Assembly (NCBI RefSeq): GCF_001194135.2
Contig: NC_068992.1
Location: 66,544,544 to 66,608,543 of the forward strand
Length of the DNA: 64,000 nt
Reading direction: 5' to 3'
Origin: Octopus bimaculoides
Lineage: Eukaryota
The translations under genes were made by a program, and so were the position numbers. This document shows positions 53,301-62,335 of this stretch, one piece after another. Position 1 is the stretch's first letter; every line of letters begins with the position of its first letter. The notes below the pieces were generated by a model. The model worked only from the letters and a program-made list of their open reading frames with translations, had not been told where the DNA came from and did not search any database.

Positions 53301-56300
53301 AGGAACAGCTTCGGTGCACACAGTTGGGGATATTTATTAAGCTTTACTCATCTTGGTTTTAAATAGCAAATGTACATATTCATAACACACGTGTATGTAT
53401 TCTAACACCCTTGTCATATTTAGTGACAGTTATTGTCTTCCCTTTTGATAACACATTGCCAAACTGCTGTCTATATTAATTAATATATAAAACAAATAAT
53501 AAATGAGTATATGCATATATACGTACAGGTATGAGCATACCTACGTCTACCTGTATATATAGGTGTATATACACAAAAATAATATATTCCAAGGGACGTA
53601 ACTCTCACAGCAGTTATCTCCCTTGGTGAAATACTGAAAACCAGAATTATCTAAAAGAAGAATGCCTATTTGTGACACTGACCTATCTCCTCTGCTACTA
53701 TTTTGTAACGCTAGATGTTATGTAATATTATAGAAATTAGTTTTTATGGCAGGAAAAACATTATTTGTTTTGGTGGGTGTTGGGTAATGTTAATTTTTGG
53801 CTGAAATGCGATGTGTATCCTAGTTTAAGGAAGTTAATATTTGTCTATGCTTGTATATAACAATATATTTAACATAATAGAATTTGGGTGAGGGCGTGAG
53901 AGAGCATAAATGATATGCCACCTGCCATGTTGTGTGCATTTAATACAACATATTTAATGTAGTGTATCTATGGATGGCACATGGTTTAGTGGTTAGGATG
54001 TTTGTCTCATCATTGTGAGGTGGTAGGTTTGATCTCAGAACCAAGGCACTTAATTTCATGTTGCTCTAATTTGCTCCTCTATAATTAAGTCCCAGCCAAG
54101 GGGTGATGGAGCGGTCTTTCGCTCTGTATGATTATTATTGAAATACTGTTTCTAGTCTCTATAATTTAGTTACCTACCAATATCATTAATACTAAAATAC
54201 TGACCAATGCCATCAATATATTAGAAATTAGTGGAACCATGAAATGTGGTAGGTAAAAAAAAAAGAAAAAATCTGTAAAAATAGTTTTTGTTGATTTTGT
54301 AATGTTCTTTTTTTTTTAAATTTTAAATGTGTTTTTTTAATTGTTTTTCTTAATACATCTTTTATTTATAACAATATTATTTTGTCAATATTGTCCTTTA
54401 GATGGTTTGAATTCTGCTAGAGCATGTTTGAAATCGATATAAGCACACACAAATCAAAATATTTATTTACAGTCTTACAAAAAAAAATATATTGTTTCCA
54501 TGTTTCATTTTTGTTGCATTATCAAATGATATTTGTAGCATTTTTAGCTGATGATGACATTTTATCATTCCAGGAGAAATATGTCTTCATTTTAGTTTAA
54601 GTAAAACTGAATGGATGTTAAAAATATATAAAATAGTTGTTTACTGTTGGTCTGGGTGTGGCAAGGGAGATGTTATTGAGATCAGGTTGAAGAGAGAGAC
54701 ACTAAACTGTGCTTTCTGGGCATTTAGTCTGCTGTCTTCTTTTCTAGTTTTAAAGTCAACTGCAACTATTTTTACCTCTCAAACAAGATACATAAATGAT
54801 TTATGTTGCTACACATTATAGCTTTTTAATGAAATGGAAACCTAAATATTTTCCTTTAGTTTTACTTGCACTATCTTCCATTTTCTTAAATTTCTTTTCT
54901 AATATATTGTGATGAAATTTGAACTTGGGAATTTTACTTTTAATGCAGAATTTTGTTTCCTGATTATACATTTATTTTTCCACATCAGCATGGCTAGACA
55001 TTTTATTGTTTTTCATTTGGATGCCCTTTCCATTGTTAACCCATTTCTCGTTCTCAATTCTCTCATTATTAAATATTCAAACTTGTCTTTGCTATTCTGA
55101 CGCAGCCTAATAAAAAAAAAAAATCAACACAAAAATCTCAAATGAATTCCCTTTTAAAGCTGGAAATAAATGTGAAACTGTTCTCTCCCTGCCCCAATAT
55201 TTCAGATTTCTTTTTATTGTCCAATGGCTTGGTAGTCATCATTCTGAGTTTTGTTCCTTCAAGAGTTCAGTTTTCTGATTTTTTTCTTCTCATTTCAAAT
55301 TCTGCTTTCTCAGGTTTTTTCCCCCAAACCTGTATGTGACACACACACACACAGGCATACATATATGTGGGTGGGTGTGAATATGTGTCATCATTTAATG
55401 TTATCTTCATTTTCAATCTGAGGATGATGACAGGAAAGGGGCATTCAGACATGAAAAACCCTGCTTTAACAAGTTTCATCTAATCCACACCATGGGGACC
55501 CAAACAAACAGGAAAGTGTAGGGAATGCATTGATGAGCTGAGAAAACAGCTTTAGGACAACACATGTACACACACAAACTTATCTGCATATACATATATA
55601 TATATATATCTATATATAATGCACTGTTCCATGATGGAATACTTTTTTTGTTGAATTTTCTATCGGGTGAGAGATAAATATTTATTTATTTACAGGACAT
55701 ATGTCTTAAGTGCTACTAATAGCTTTATATGTTGAGAAATATCTGAAACGTATCCTCAACATATGAAACTATTAGTAACACTTAGACATGTATTGTGTCC
55801 TGTAAATAAATATAAACGTGCAAATGTATGCATGTGCACATATTTGCAAGTCCATGCATATCTACATTCACGTGTGTATATAACAGAGTTGAGATTATTT
55901 TGTTTACCACTGAGTGTTATGAGTCTTGCTGCATCCTCTGGTTTGCAACACCTTGTAGTAACAAAGAATTCTCTCAGACTTACCATAAAGAAAGAATTCC
56001 TGTCTGTCAAGGAGTCCTTTCTTATTTCTAAATACACATACAAATTCTATATTCACCGTGTCTTCACATAGAAAGTTAATATACAAAACTAGAAATATGT
56101 TTGTAAATAATCAATGAGAATATAGTAATCCATTCATAGTTTAGTTAGAAACCTGTGAGATGAAATTCATGTTTGAGAAAAGCCATTATTTGCTTTTTTT
56201 TTTTTTTTTTNNNNNNNNNNTTTTTTTTTTTTTTATTATTTTTTTTTTTATGACAAAATCTGATATGAAAGCTGTAAATATGTGGTTTCCATTTCCTAGT

Positions 56301-58103
56301 GTTATCACAGCTGAAACAAAATTAAGACTTGTATTGTTAAACAGTCAACAACGTTGACAGATGTATTGTTTAGAAAATATCTTAACAATGATCATTTTTT
56401 TACCTTTCAGGAAGAAGAACTCCGAGGAAATAGAGGCTTTACGTAAATTATTTTGTAATGAGGTACGTATTTTTGGTGTTGGGAAATAATTTGGTTGGCA
56501 AGTTTTACTTTTAATATTACTGTCATGGAACTGACAGAAAATTCTTTTTTTTTTAAAGTTCTTGGTTTTAAACCTGACTGAGGTTGGATTTATTTCTTGT
56601 ATTTTCCAAGGCTAATAAAATATGTAATAATGAATTTGTAGCTTAATTAAATAATTTTGATATAATTAGGGGTAGTGATTAAAATAGCTTTACCTTAATA
56701 TTGAGTTTAATTAAATGAATTTTTTGTAGTTAGCAGGTATGATTAAGCTTACATAATTAGTGGGCTTCATTAAATTAAATTGACACAATTCTCTACAAAT
56801 TTGTGGCTTTGTACTGTAGTCAGGGAGATGGAATGGAAAAAGAATGTCTGATAAAATCATCATCATTGTTTTCCATGCTGGTATGGGTCAGACAGTTTAA
56901 CAAGTGTTAGCAAGACTGAAGACTGTGCCAGGTCCTGTTGTCTGCTCTGGCATGGTTTGTACAACTGGATGCCATACACCAACCACTTTATACTTCCTAA
57001 TTCCAACCACTTTACAGAGTGTATCGAGAGTCTTTTTATGTGGCACCAGCCTTGTGCTATTTGTTGGAATTCTTTACATTCTGAGTTCAAATTCTATCTT
57101 CATCCACGTGGATCTATAAAATTAAACCCAAATATTCTGTTTGATTTTCAAACTGGCCAGATCTGGCCTTTCACAGCAACCCTATAATGTTGTTCTAGAG
57201 ATAAACAATCACATCATTGAAATCTCAATGCTACAAAATAATAATTAATTCCAAACAATTTGAAAGAGTAAATCTGGATGAGAAAGAGTTTAAAAAATCG
57301 TTGGGGTTCAACTCTTACAAAGCATTTGACTGCCCTTTACATATATTTGTATCCTGGTTTTATTCTGTAAAGGCTTACCTGGAAAGCTAACAGTTGTTAT
57401 TGCCCTGTGCATAATGTAGGTCTACTCCCAACAGGCTGTGGGTGGGGGATACAACAGTTCTTTGAATTTCCAACTCATTCTCTCCGTGCCGTTAAGGAAC
57501 ATTGATGTAAACAAGACATGTGGGAATATTTCACATCAAAGCAAGGGGAAAAAATGGATGTTAAATGATGCCATGACTCAACATTCTTTGGTTTAGATCT
57601 ATTTTGGTCATGCATTTAGATAATTTGGTATGACTTCCACTGCAGCCTGGAGACTTATTTGCTATGAGTCCAGCTCATTAAGCAGCCACCCACTTATATG
57701 AAGTAAATATAATACAATCTATTAAAATGAGTTTTCTGTACAAAGCAGCTGGTCATTTTTAATTTGTCCTTCATTTGTTAGCAGACTGTCCGGCTGATGC
57801 CCGTGTGGTAAACAGAAGTTAAATGATGTTGGTGATGGCTGCTCCTAAAATATGTTGCCATGTAAACGTTTTGTTGTTGTTTTGTAGGTTTCTGAGGTCG
57901 ATTGCCGGCAAGCCCTGGAAGAGACCAAATGGAACATACAGAGTGCCATAAAATATATCAAGTTAAAGCAGCTGATAAGTACTGGCTTAGCTGATGTAAA
58001 TCGCTGCAAAGAGGCTCTCTTAAAATGTAACTGGGATGTAGAACAAGCTGCTGACCATCTCCTTGTTCATCCAAAAGACAGCCCAGAATGTGTGGACGTC
58101 TAA
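5212..58103 (+). CDS. Ack-like: Multi-exon ACK-family tyrosine kinase, PR2/Ack-like type (5'-partial). join(5212..5418,14913..15065,19970..20161,20634..20731,23468..23594,24606..24755,24888..24994,26537..26679,30417..30575,31314..31470,32877..33000,34007..34228,38588..41184,56411..56462,57888..58103)
   Basis: Manual splicing gives one open frame with GT-AG introns and matching phases. Motifs: [37 protein letters not shown], then SH3, CRIB and UBA-like domains. [19 protein letters not shown]...[17 protein letters not shown] closely matches Drosophila PR2/Ack-like as I recall it, rather than vertebrate TNK2. Confidence 0.93.
7450..7786 (-). mobile_element. tRNA-headed SINE
   Basis: The minus strand begins with a tRNA-like A/B-box head (tggctgcgtggt...ggttccaggttcagtccc), followed by a central domain shared with 16742-16900 and 46245-46400. 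Confidence 0.65.
9758..10236 (+). repeat. 39-bp minisatellite (AAATGTCTTTTGCTTCACCCTCAGCGTGACACTTTGGCC) spanning an assembly gap, followed by 2 copies of a related 26-bp unit
   Basis: About 3 units lie on each side of the N run at 9881-10070. The 26-mer AAATGTCTTTGCCATAACCTCAGGTC occurs at 10185-10210 and 10211-10236. Confidence 0.95.
9881..10070. other. Assembly gap (N run). Others at 13224-13307, 15251-15395, 33908-33917, 49730-49751, 50293-50302, 56211-56220 and 58375-58457.
   Basis: N characters. All fall in introns or downstream of the stop codon, mostly within tandem repeats. Confidence 0.99.
14913..15065 (+). CDS. Ack-like: Exon 2: [51 protein letters not shown] (beta3 Lys, alphaC Glu)
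   Basis: ag|GTG acceptor, TTG|GTAAGT donor, 153 nt, not present in the ORF track on +, translated by hand. Confidence 0.93.
16742..17150 (+). mobile_element. Composite SINE: tRNA-like head, central domain (ttgggcaagtgtc...catagcc), 3' tail (catgctagcatgaaaagcagatgttaaatgatg)
   Basis: Head and centre are shared with 7450-7786, and the tail is shared with 27580-27950 and 24150-24400. Confidence 0.65.
19970..20161 (+). CDS. Ack-like: Exon 3: [16 protein letters not shown]...[20 protein letters not shown] (Thr gatekeeper, catalytic loop)
   Basis: ctag acceptor, AAG|GTAAGC donor, 192 nt, HRDLAARN tyrosine kinase signature. Confidence 0.96.
20320..20464. repeat. Imperfect inverted repeat (MITE-like), ~60-70-bp arms
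   Basis: aatttttaagtatata...gcgctagaatgccagc..ctata versus tatag..gctggcatttcagcgt...tatatacttaaaaatt. Confidence 0.75.
20634..20731 (+). CDS. Ack-like: Exon 4: [32 protein letters not shown](W), activation loop
   Basis: ctacag acceptor, TG|GTGAGT donor, 98 nt, phase 0-2, DFG motif. Confidence 0.96.
23468..23594 (+). CDS. Ack-like: Exon 5: (W)[42 protein letters not shown]
   Basis: ttacag acceptor, CAG|GTTGGT donor, 127 nt, phase 2-0, APE and DVWSYG motifs. Confidence 0.95.
24150..24400 (+). mobile_element. SINE/LINE-tail repeat copy
   Basis: cacactctcggagtggtt...ctggtgcagcc...gtcaaaccatcca...ggatgttaaatgatg is shared with 27800-27950. Confidence 0.65.
24606..24755 (+). CDS. Ack-like: Exon 6: [50 protein letters not shown] (kinase C-lobe end)
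   Basis: taaag acceptor, AAG|GTAAGT donor, 150 nt, CW...RPTF motif. Confidence 0.93.
24888..24994 (+). CDS. Ack-like: Exon 7: SH3 N-half, [35 protein letters not shown]
   Basis: tttgtag acceptor, AA|GTAAGT donor, 107 nt, phase 0-2. Confidence 0.88.
26537..26679 (+). CDS. Ack-like: Exon 8: SH3 C-half, (N)[47 protein letters not shown]
   Basis: ctttgcag acceptor, G|GTAACC donor, 143 nt, phase 2-1, WKG...GLF SH3 motif. Confidence 0.9.
27580..27950 (+). mobile_element. Same family as 3888-4260, opposite orientation, with 3-4 ~66-bp units and the tail GCATGGAAAACGGACGTTAAACGATGA
   Basis: tggcacgtaaaaagcacc recurs at 27587, 27654, 27720 and 27786, and the tail is shared. Confidence 0.78.
28203..28604. 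repeat. Inverted repeat, ~122-bp arms (28203-28324 / 28482-28604) around a TG/TA microsatellite spacer
   Basis: gaggttaagtgga..aagttagtt..cct..gtggg.tt.gaactcagcagagaactgcaataaatgtcac.aagcatctta... is present in both orientations. Confidence 0.9.
29390..29620 (+). mobile_element. Additional interspersed repeat (cacatatggttgtga.gcatgtg...gtgtcactttgatggcatg..ctctctcactcaataat)
   Basis: Higher-GC block ending in an AAT-type tail, recognised from memory as an octopus-type repeat. No second full copy is in the window. Confidence 0.4.
30417..30575 (+). CDS. Ack-like: Exon 9: CRIB, (E)[52 protein letters not shown]
   Basis: ttatag acceptor, G|GTTAGT donor, 159 nt, phase 1-1, IS.P....HxxHIG CRIB consensus. 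Confidence 0.93.
31314..31470 (+). CDS. Ack-like: Exon 10: (G)[51 protein letters not shown](W)
   Basis: ggcag acceptor, TG|GTTAGT donor, 157 nt, phase 1-2, matches both neighbours. Confidence 0.82.
31527..31730 (+). pseudogene. Degenerate non-LTR retrotransposon (RTE-like) reverse transcriptase fragment
   Basis: From 31562: [46 protein letters not shown], matching the RT motif QFGF..GRST.DAIF..RQL.EKY......L...FVDLEKAFDRVP. Contains an in-frame stop. Confidence 0.82.
32680..32785 (-). mobile_element. Truncated tail copy of the same family (other partial copies at ~31885-31930, ~43150-43260 and ~56860-57050)
   Basis: catcatcgtttaacatcaatttccatgctggcat...ctgcaccagg..aatctgatct. Confidence 0.6.
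32877..33000 (+). CDS. Ack-like: Exon 11: (W)[41 protein letters not shown]
   Basis: tttcag acceptor, ACT|GTAAGT donor, 124 nt, phase 2-0. Confidence 0.85.
34007..34228 (+). CDS. Ack-like: Exon 12: [28 protein letters not shown]...[10 protein letters not shown]
   Basis: ttttag acceptor, CCT|GTAAGT donor, 222 nt, phase 0-0. Confidence 0.85.
37478..37705 (+). mobile_element. Short SINE-like repeat ending in (ATT)n. Related copies at ~27420-27560, ~35500-35960 (several), ~49570-49850, ~59700-59850 and, on the minus strand, ~4580-4660 and ~51610-51790.
   Basis: Shared core ttctgagttcaaat...gactttgcctttcatcctttcgg.gttgataaaataag.accagtt. Confidence 0.7.
38588..41184 (+). CDS. Ack-like: Exon 13: 2597-nt exon encoding the Pro/Ser/Glu-rich region (ETPPREPK...[11 protein letters not shown])
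   Basis: atttcag acceptor in frame with the 878-aa ORF. AG|GTAAAC donor is phase 2 and matches the next exon. May contain an alternatively removed internal intron (see findings). Confidence 0.85.
41671..41863. repeat. Inverted repeat, ~80-bp arms, 32-nt loop
   Basis: 41671-41750 is complementary to 41783-41863, including a long uninterrupted tccgatcttacacagaatagaaatgatatcaagaattaaag stretch. Confidence 0.92.
50560..50795 (+). mobile_element. SINE 3' portion (gataagtaccaggcttt...ccccagcatggctgcagttcaatgactgaaacaag), reverse complement of 7450-7620
   Basis: Visible similarity to the minus-strand copy at 7450-7620. Confidence 0.6.
52660..52930 (+). pseudogene. Highly degenerate LINE RT fragment
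   Basis: [17 protein letters not shown] from 52813 resembles QYGFR..RST.DLL. Upstream ALPSIT resembles (NYRPI)ALPS. Frameshifted. Confidence 0.45.
56411..56462 (+). CDS. Ack-like: Exon 14: (R)[17 protein letters not shown]
   Basis: cctttcag acceptor, GAG|GTACGT donor, 52 nt, phase 2-0. Confidence 0.8.
57888..58103 (+). CDS. Ack-like: Exon 15 (terminal): UBA-like region, [71 protein letters not shown]
   Basis: tttgtag acceptor, TAA at 58101-58103. WN..SAI.Y.KL.QL...GL....C...L....WD.EQA...LL matches the ACK-family C-terminal UBA region. Confidence 0.9.
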   Translation, partial: VSEVDCRQALEETKWNIQSAIKYIKLKQLISTGLADVNRCKEALLKCNWDVEQAADHLLVHPKDSPECVDV

Positions 58104-58343
58104 ACTCACACTTCAATATATTCTCAAATGTTAACCTGAATTTGAAACAGCAAGAAAAAACAAAAAACAAATGCAACAAGAGAAATCTCATAAAAACTAA
58201 CTTAACGAATCCTGTGACATTGCTACAGAAATGAACAAAACAAAACAAAACAAAACAAAAAAAAATCTGACTTTTATTTTCTTTTCTTTTTCTGCAGACA
58301 TTTTATATTGGAATATCTGCTTCCATTCTTTGCACCCTTCTGT

Positions 58344-58349
58344 AATAAA
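58344..58349 (+). terminator. Candidate polyadenylation signal AATAAA
   Basis: First AATAAA I noticed, about 240 nt after the stop codon. AT-rich background makes chance occurrence likely. Confidence 0.3.
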
Positions 58350-60029
58350 TTTTCCTTTTGAGGTTTTATATATANNNNNNNNNNNNNNNNNNNNNNNNNN
58401 NNNNNNNNNNNNNNNNNNNNNNNNNNNNNNNNNNNNNNNNNNNNNNNNNNNNNNNNNATATATATAAATATTATATATATATATATATTTCACTTGCAAC
58501 AGATATGTTTTGCATTGCAGTTAAACCACCACAGCCCTTGTAGCTTCTACCCCCCCCCCCATATTTTCTGGCTGCCTCAGCTAGAAAGACATCCTTGTAG
58601 ATTGTTCCCGTAAGCCTGTTGCCATCAACAATTCCAACTCCTTCAACTCAACTTGTATAATAGTGCAAAACCCTGAAACTACCAAATTTCAAATATCGCA
58701 AGCAATGCTTTGCCTTTATGATTTTTCTTTCTTTCTTCACAACATTTCACAAAGTGTTGCTGCATGCAAGCAAATCAAAGAAATAGAGAAATTTGTGGAA
58801 AGGATTCGTGTGTGTGTCAGTGCATGTGTGTGTGTGTGTGCTTCTGTGTGAAAGTCAAAACTTTTCACTGCACAAATCTAGCAATTTTAAAGAATTACAA
58901 TGAAGAAGCAAAATATCTTTGGTTATTCTTTGTAATATAATTGTGTGTGTGTATACATGCTTACATATGCATGTGTTCATATACACACATGCATGTGTAT
59001 ATAAATGTGTGTATATATGTGTGTATATACATACACACTTATAAATTCATATATATATTTATATATATGACTGCTCCCTTTTAAATTGAGTCATTAATGA
59101 TATCTGCCAGCTTTTTTCTGTTTAAAAAGAAAATACAAACATTTCCGTTTGGATTTTCTAGGCATGAAATGTAGAAGAATTGTATGTCTCTGGGGTACCA
59201 TTCTGACACCCATCCACTTTTACATATTGTGTGTGGGTGCATTACAAAGCATTGTGTGAGTTTGGTTCCTGTGATGTTTTTCTTTGGTCGACTCTTATGG
59301 TTAGAATTGTCTTGAGTAAATATATTCTGTGGACCTCGTCTCCTCAACTTGTTCTCTGTTCTGTCAACTCTTCCGGTTCCTTATTTCCATCAATAGTCTT
59401 TGAGTTCTCTATGAAATTGTTGTAAATATTTCTTCATCTTTGATTCTTCTGTCTTGGAACTTCCAAACTGTCTGCTGCCTATTCTTGTCGTTTCTTTGGA
59501 CACTCCACTGTCGTGTGTCAGTATGACTAATGACTAACTGTTGTTACGTTATATTTGTTCTTGGTTCGTTAATCTTTTATCAGTTGAATGATTATGAGTT
59601 AACATAACTGTCTTCAACATTGTTAATTAGTGTTAATTATCAATTAAGTCCTGGCCTTGATTACTTGACTCTCCCCTCGTTCTCACAGACCACCTGCCTG
59701 GCCTGGCAGAGTTGTTAGAGCCGAAATGCTTTCTGCTATTTATTCTGGTATTTCATATTTAGAGTTCAAATCTTGTTGAGGTCACCTTTGCTTTTCATTC
59801 TTCTGGGAGCAATAGAATAAAGTTATTGGTTGAGTACTAAGCGTCAGTATGTCTCCTCTCCTTAGGTAACTGACTGTGGACCTAATCTAGAGACCAATAG
59901 GATAAAGGTTGTTCATTTGGTAGAATCAGTGGAGCATCAAACAGAATACCTTGTGCCACTTCTTTCAGCTCTTCTGAGTTTGAATTCTGCCTAAGAAAGC
60001 AAAGGTTTGAACATAGTGTTGTGAAAAAG

Positions 60030-60332
60030 ATAAAATATTTTGAATGACACAACAATGCAGTACAATACAAGCAATGGACTAATAACTGTTGTAATTTAAT
60101 CATCCATAATCTGATATCATATTTCGGAATATAAACTTTCCTTCTTCAGGTATCCCTAGGAATTGATGGAGTCACTGCTATAATTATAGCAGCAATTCCA
60201 TCAATTCCTAGGGACATCTGAAGAAGGAATTTTTATTCCGAAATATCATATCAGACTATGGATGATTAAATTACAACAGTTATTACAGTCCATTGCTTGT
60301 ATTGCATTGTTGTGTCATTCAAAATATTTTAT
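60030..60332. mobile_element. ~300-bp foldback element centred on the perfect palindrome GCTATAATTATAGC, with hammerhead-like motifs in both arms
   Basis: 60030-60183 is the near-perfect reverse complement of 60184-60332. Confidence 0.78.
60213..60252 (+). ncRNA. Minimal type I hammerhead ribozyme-like motif
   Basis: GACAU CUGAAGA A GGAAU-uuuu-AUUCC GAAA UA U C AUAUC: intact core, 5-bp stem II, palindromic AUAU stem III, C17, stem I with one mismatch. Confidence 0.55.
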
Positions 60333-62304
60333 TCTTTACAAACAATACACAAGGCTTCAAGCAAACTACAATACTCTCATAGTGTTGCGATTTTTGCTTT
60401 CCAGCATTTTAGATTTCATAAAATATAGTAACAGTTAACTGCTGAGGATGATTGAATTAACTCCTCCACATTTCTTTGTGCTTAAATTAAATGCAGTAAT
60501 TAAATATGCTAATATATGATAATTAATGACAGTGCTGTAATGCTAATATATGATAATGACAGAGCTGGTGCTGTAATGTGGCAATCGGTTTTGAATCAGT
60601 GACTCAGTTATATTCTTTGTTGGAACTATTTAAAATGGTTAATGGTACAAACATTATAACATCCTCAGCCACTTGAAATTTGGTAATTCTCGTCTCCCCT
60701 TATTCTATGTGTAGTAATAATAATGGTAATTTCTTTATTTACCACTATGGGTTTGCCAAAAAAAAAACCCCCAAGACTATTGGGGATTGTACAGGTCAAT
60801 ACAGTGTGGGGGTTACACAAATAGAAGTGTGTAATCATAATGATAATCTTAATAATAGTGGTGGTAATTAGATGCTAGTGTTTTACCAATATTTTTGTTG
60901 TTCTGTCAGTCAGTGATGTTTGTTTTTATTTGTTGATGCTCCTCGACCATTCCCTCTCCAAACTAAGTCGGCTGCTGCTGCTTCTCTCCGTTTACATTGA
61001 TTGTTGATGTCTTCTCAGTTGATTCTGAGAGGATAGAAGAAAAGTAGAATGGGGGCCATTTTTGCAACTAATTTGAAAATTTAGAATTAATTTTTAGGAC
61101 TACATTAAAAAGGGTTTCTTTTTAAGTCTTAAAAAAATACCCAACTTAATTTACTAACAAAAAGGTTTTTTAAGTATAATTTCCCTGTCATCTCTAGTTT
61201 TTTTTTTTTCCTGAAGAACTTGAAACAGTTTCACAAATCTTATTCTGGAGTTCTCTCCCTTCCATTGGTGATCTCCCCATTTTCTGTGTAAAAATTAAGT
61301 TAAAATTTTTCATAAGTCATCTCTTCCATAACAAGTTAATTAACAGTGAGGGTTCCTTTATTTTTTAAATTTCATTATCCACTTAATGAAATTTTATTTT
61401 GAGGACAAAAACTGTTGCGGCAGAAGCAGTGATATACTTTTGTCATTGAACAAAATGTTTTGGATGTGAAACAAAAAGTTATTATTATTCTGCTGGTTTC
61501 CAGCTCATTTTTATTTAATGATATTTCTCTAGTTTGATTCCCAGGCCAGGCTTTGAATTTATGTCTTCATATATAATTTTTGTTATTTTCAAATGAAAAG
61601 CAACAATATCCAGGTGATAAATATTTAGTTATGGACACATTGATATCAAAACTCAGTTGTGCTGTCACTTTACAACTGAATGATTTATTTTAGTGATGAC
61701 ACCATTTCAAGTCCAATTGTTTTTTGTTTATTCTGTTTCCAGGCAGTGGACTTGCAGAGTCTGTTGGGAATCAGACATAGTATTTTATCTGTCTCTCTTC
61801 ATGTTAGGAGTTCCAATTTCACTAGTTTGACTTTGAGGTTTCTGGAGTTCATACGTTCCAGTCATGTACTTGGGTTGATGTTTTTTTTCTAGTCCAAATT
61901 AGAAACTTTGTGCCTCTGTGAGAAGTAATTATTATTATTATTTATTATTATTATTATTATTATGAAGGTGAGTTGGCATAAAAAATAGAGAGGGGTGGGT
62001 TATTTTGCAACACAGTATTTAGTTTCGTCCTTCTAATTACTGTGTTGAAATCCCACCCAAGTTAATGTTGCTCTTCCTCACTTGGAGATGAACAAAATAA
62101 ACATTAGTTATGAGATATGCCCATGCAAGATATTGATTAATTTGTGTTGTTTCTAATAAATTCTTGTTCGTTATGGGTGTTAATTCCATCTGGATGTTTT
62201 GTCTTCTCTGAGTGGAATTAACAAGAGATTGCAGTCCTTATTCACTGCTGAAACAGAAAAAAGTAGTTTTTCTTATCAACACATCTTAATGATTAATATA
62301 ATGA

Positions 62305-62335
<31 letters not shown>

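Noticed and set aside
5212-58103. Naming the gene TNK2/ACK1
   Set aside because: The activation segment and CRIB resemble PR2/Ack-like. I did not see an ACK1-type PPxY or Mig6-homology region.
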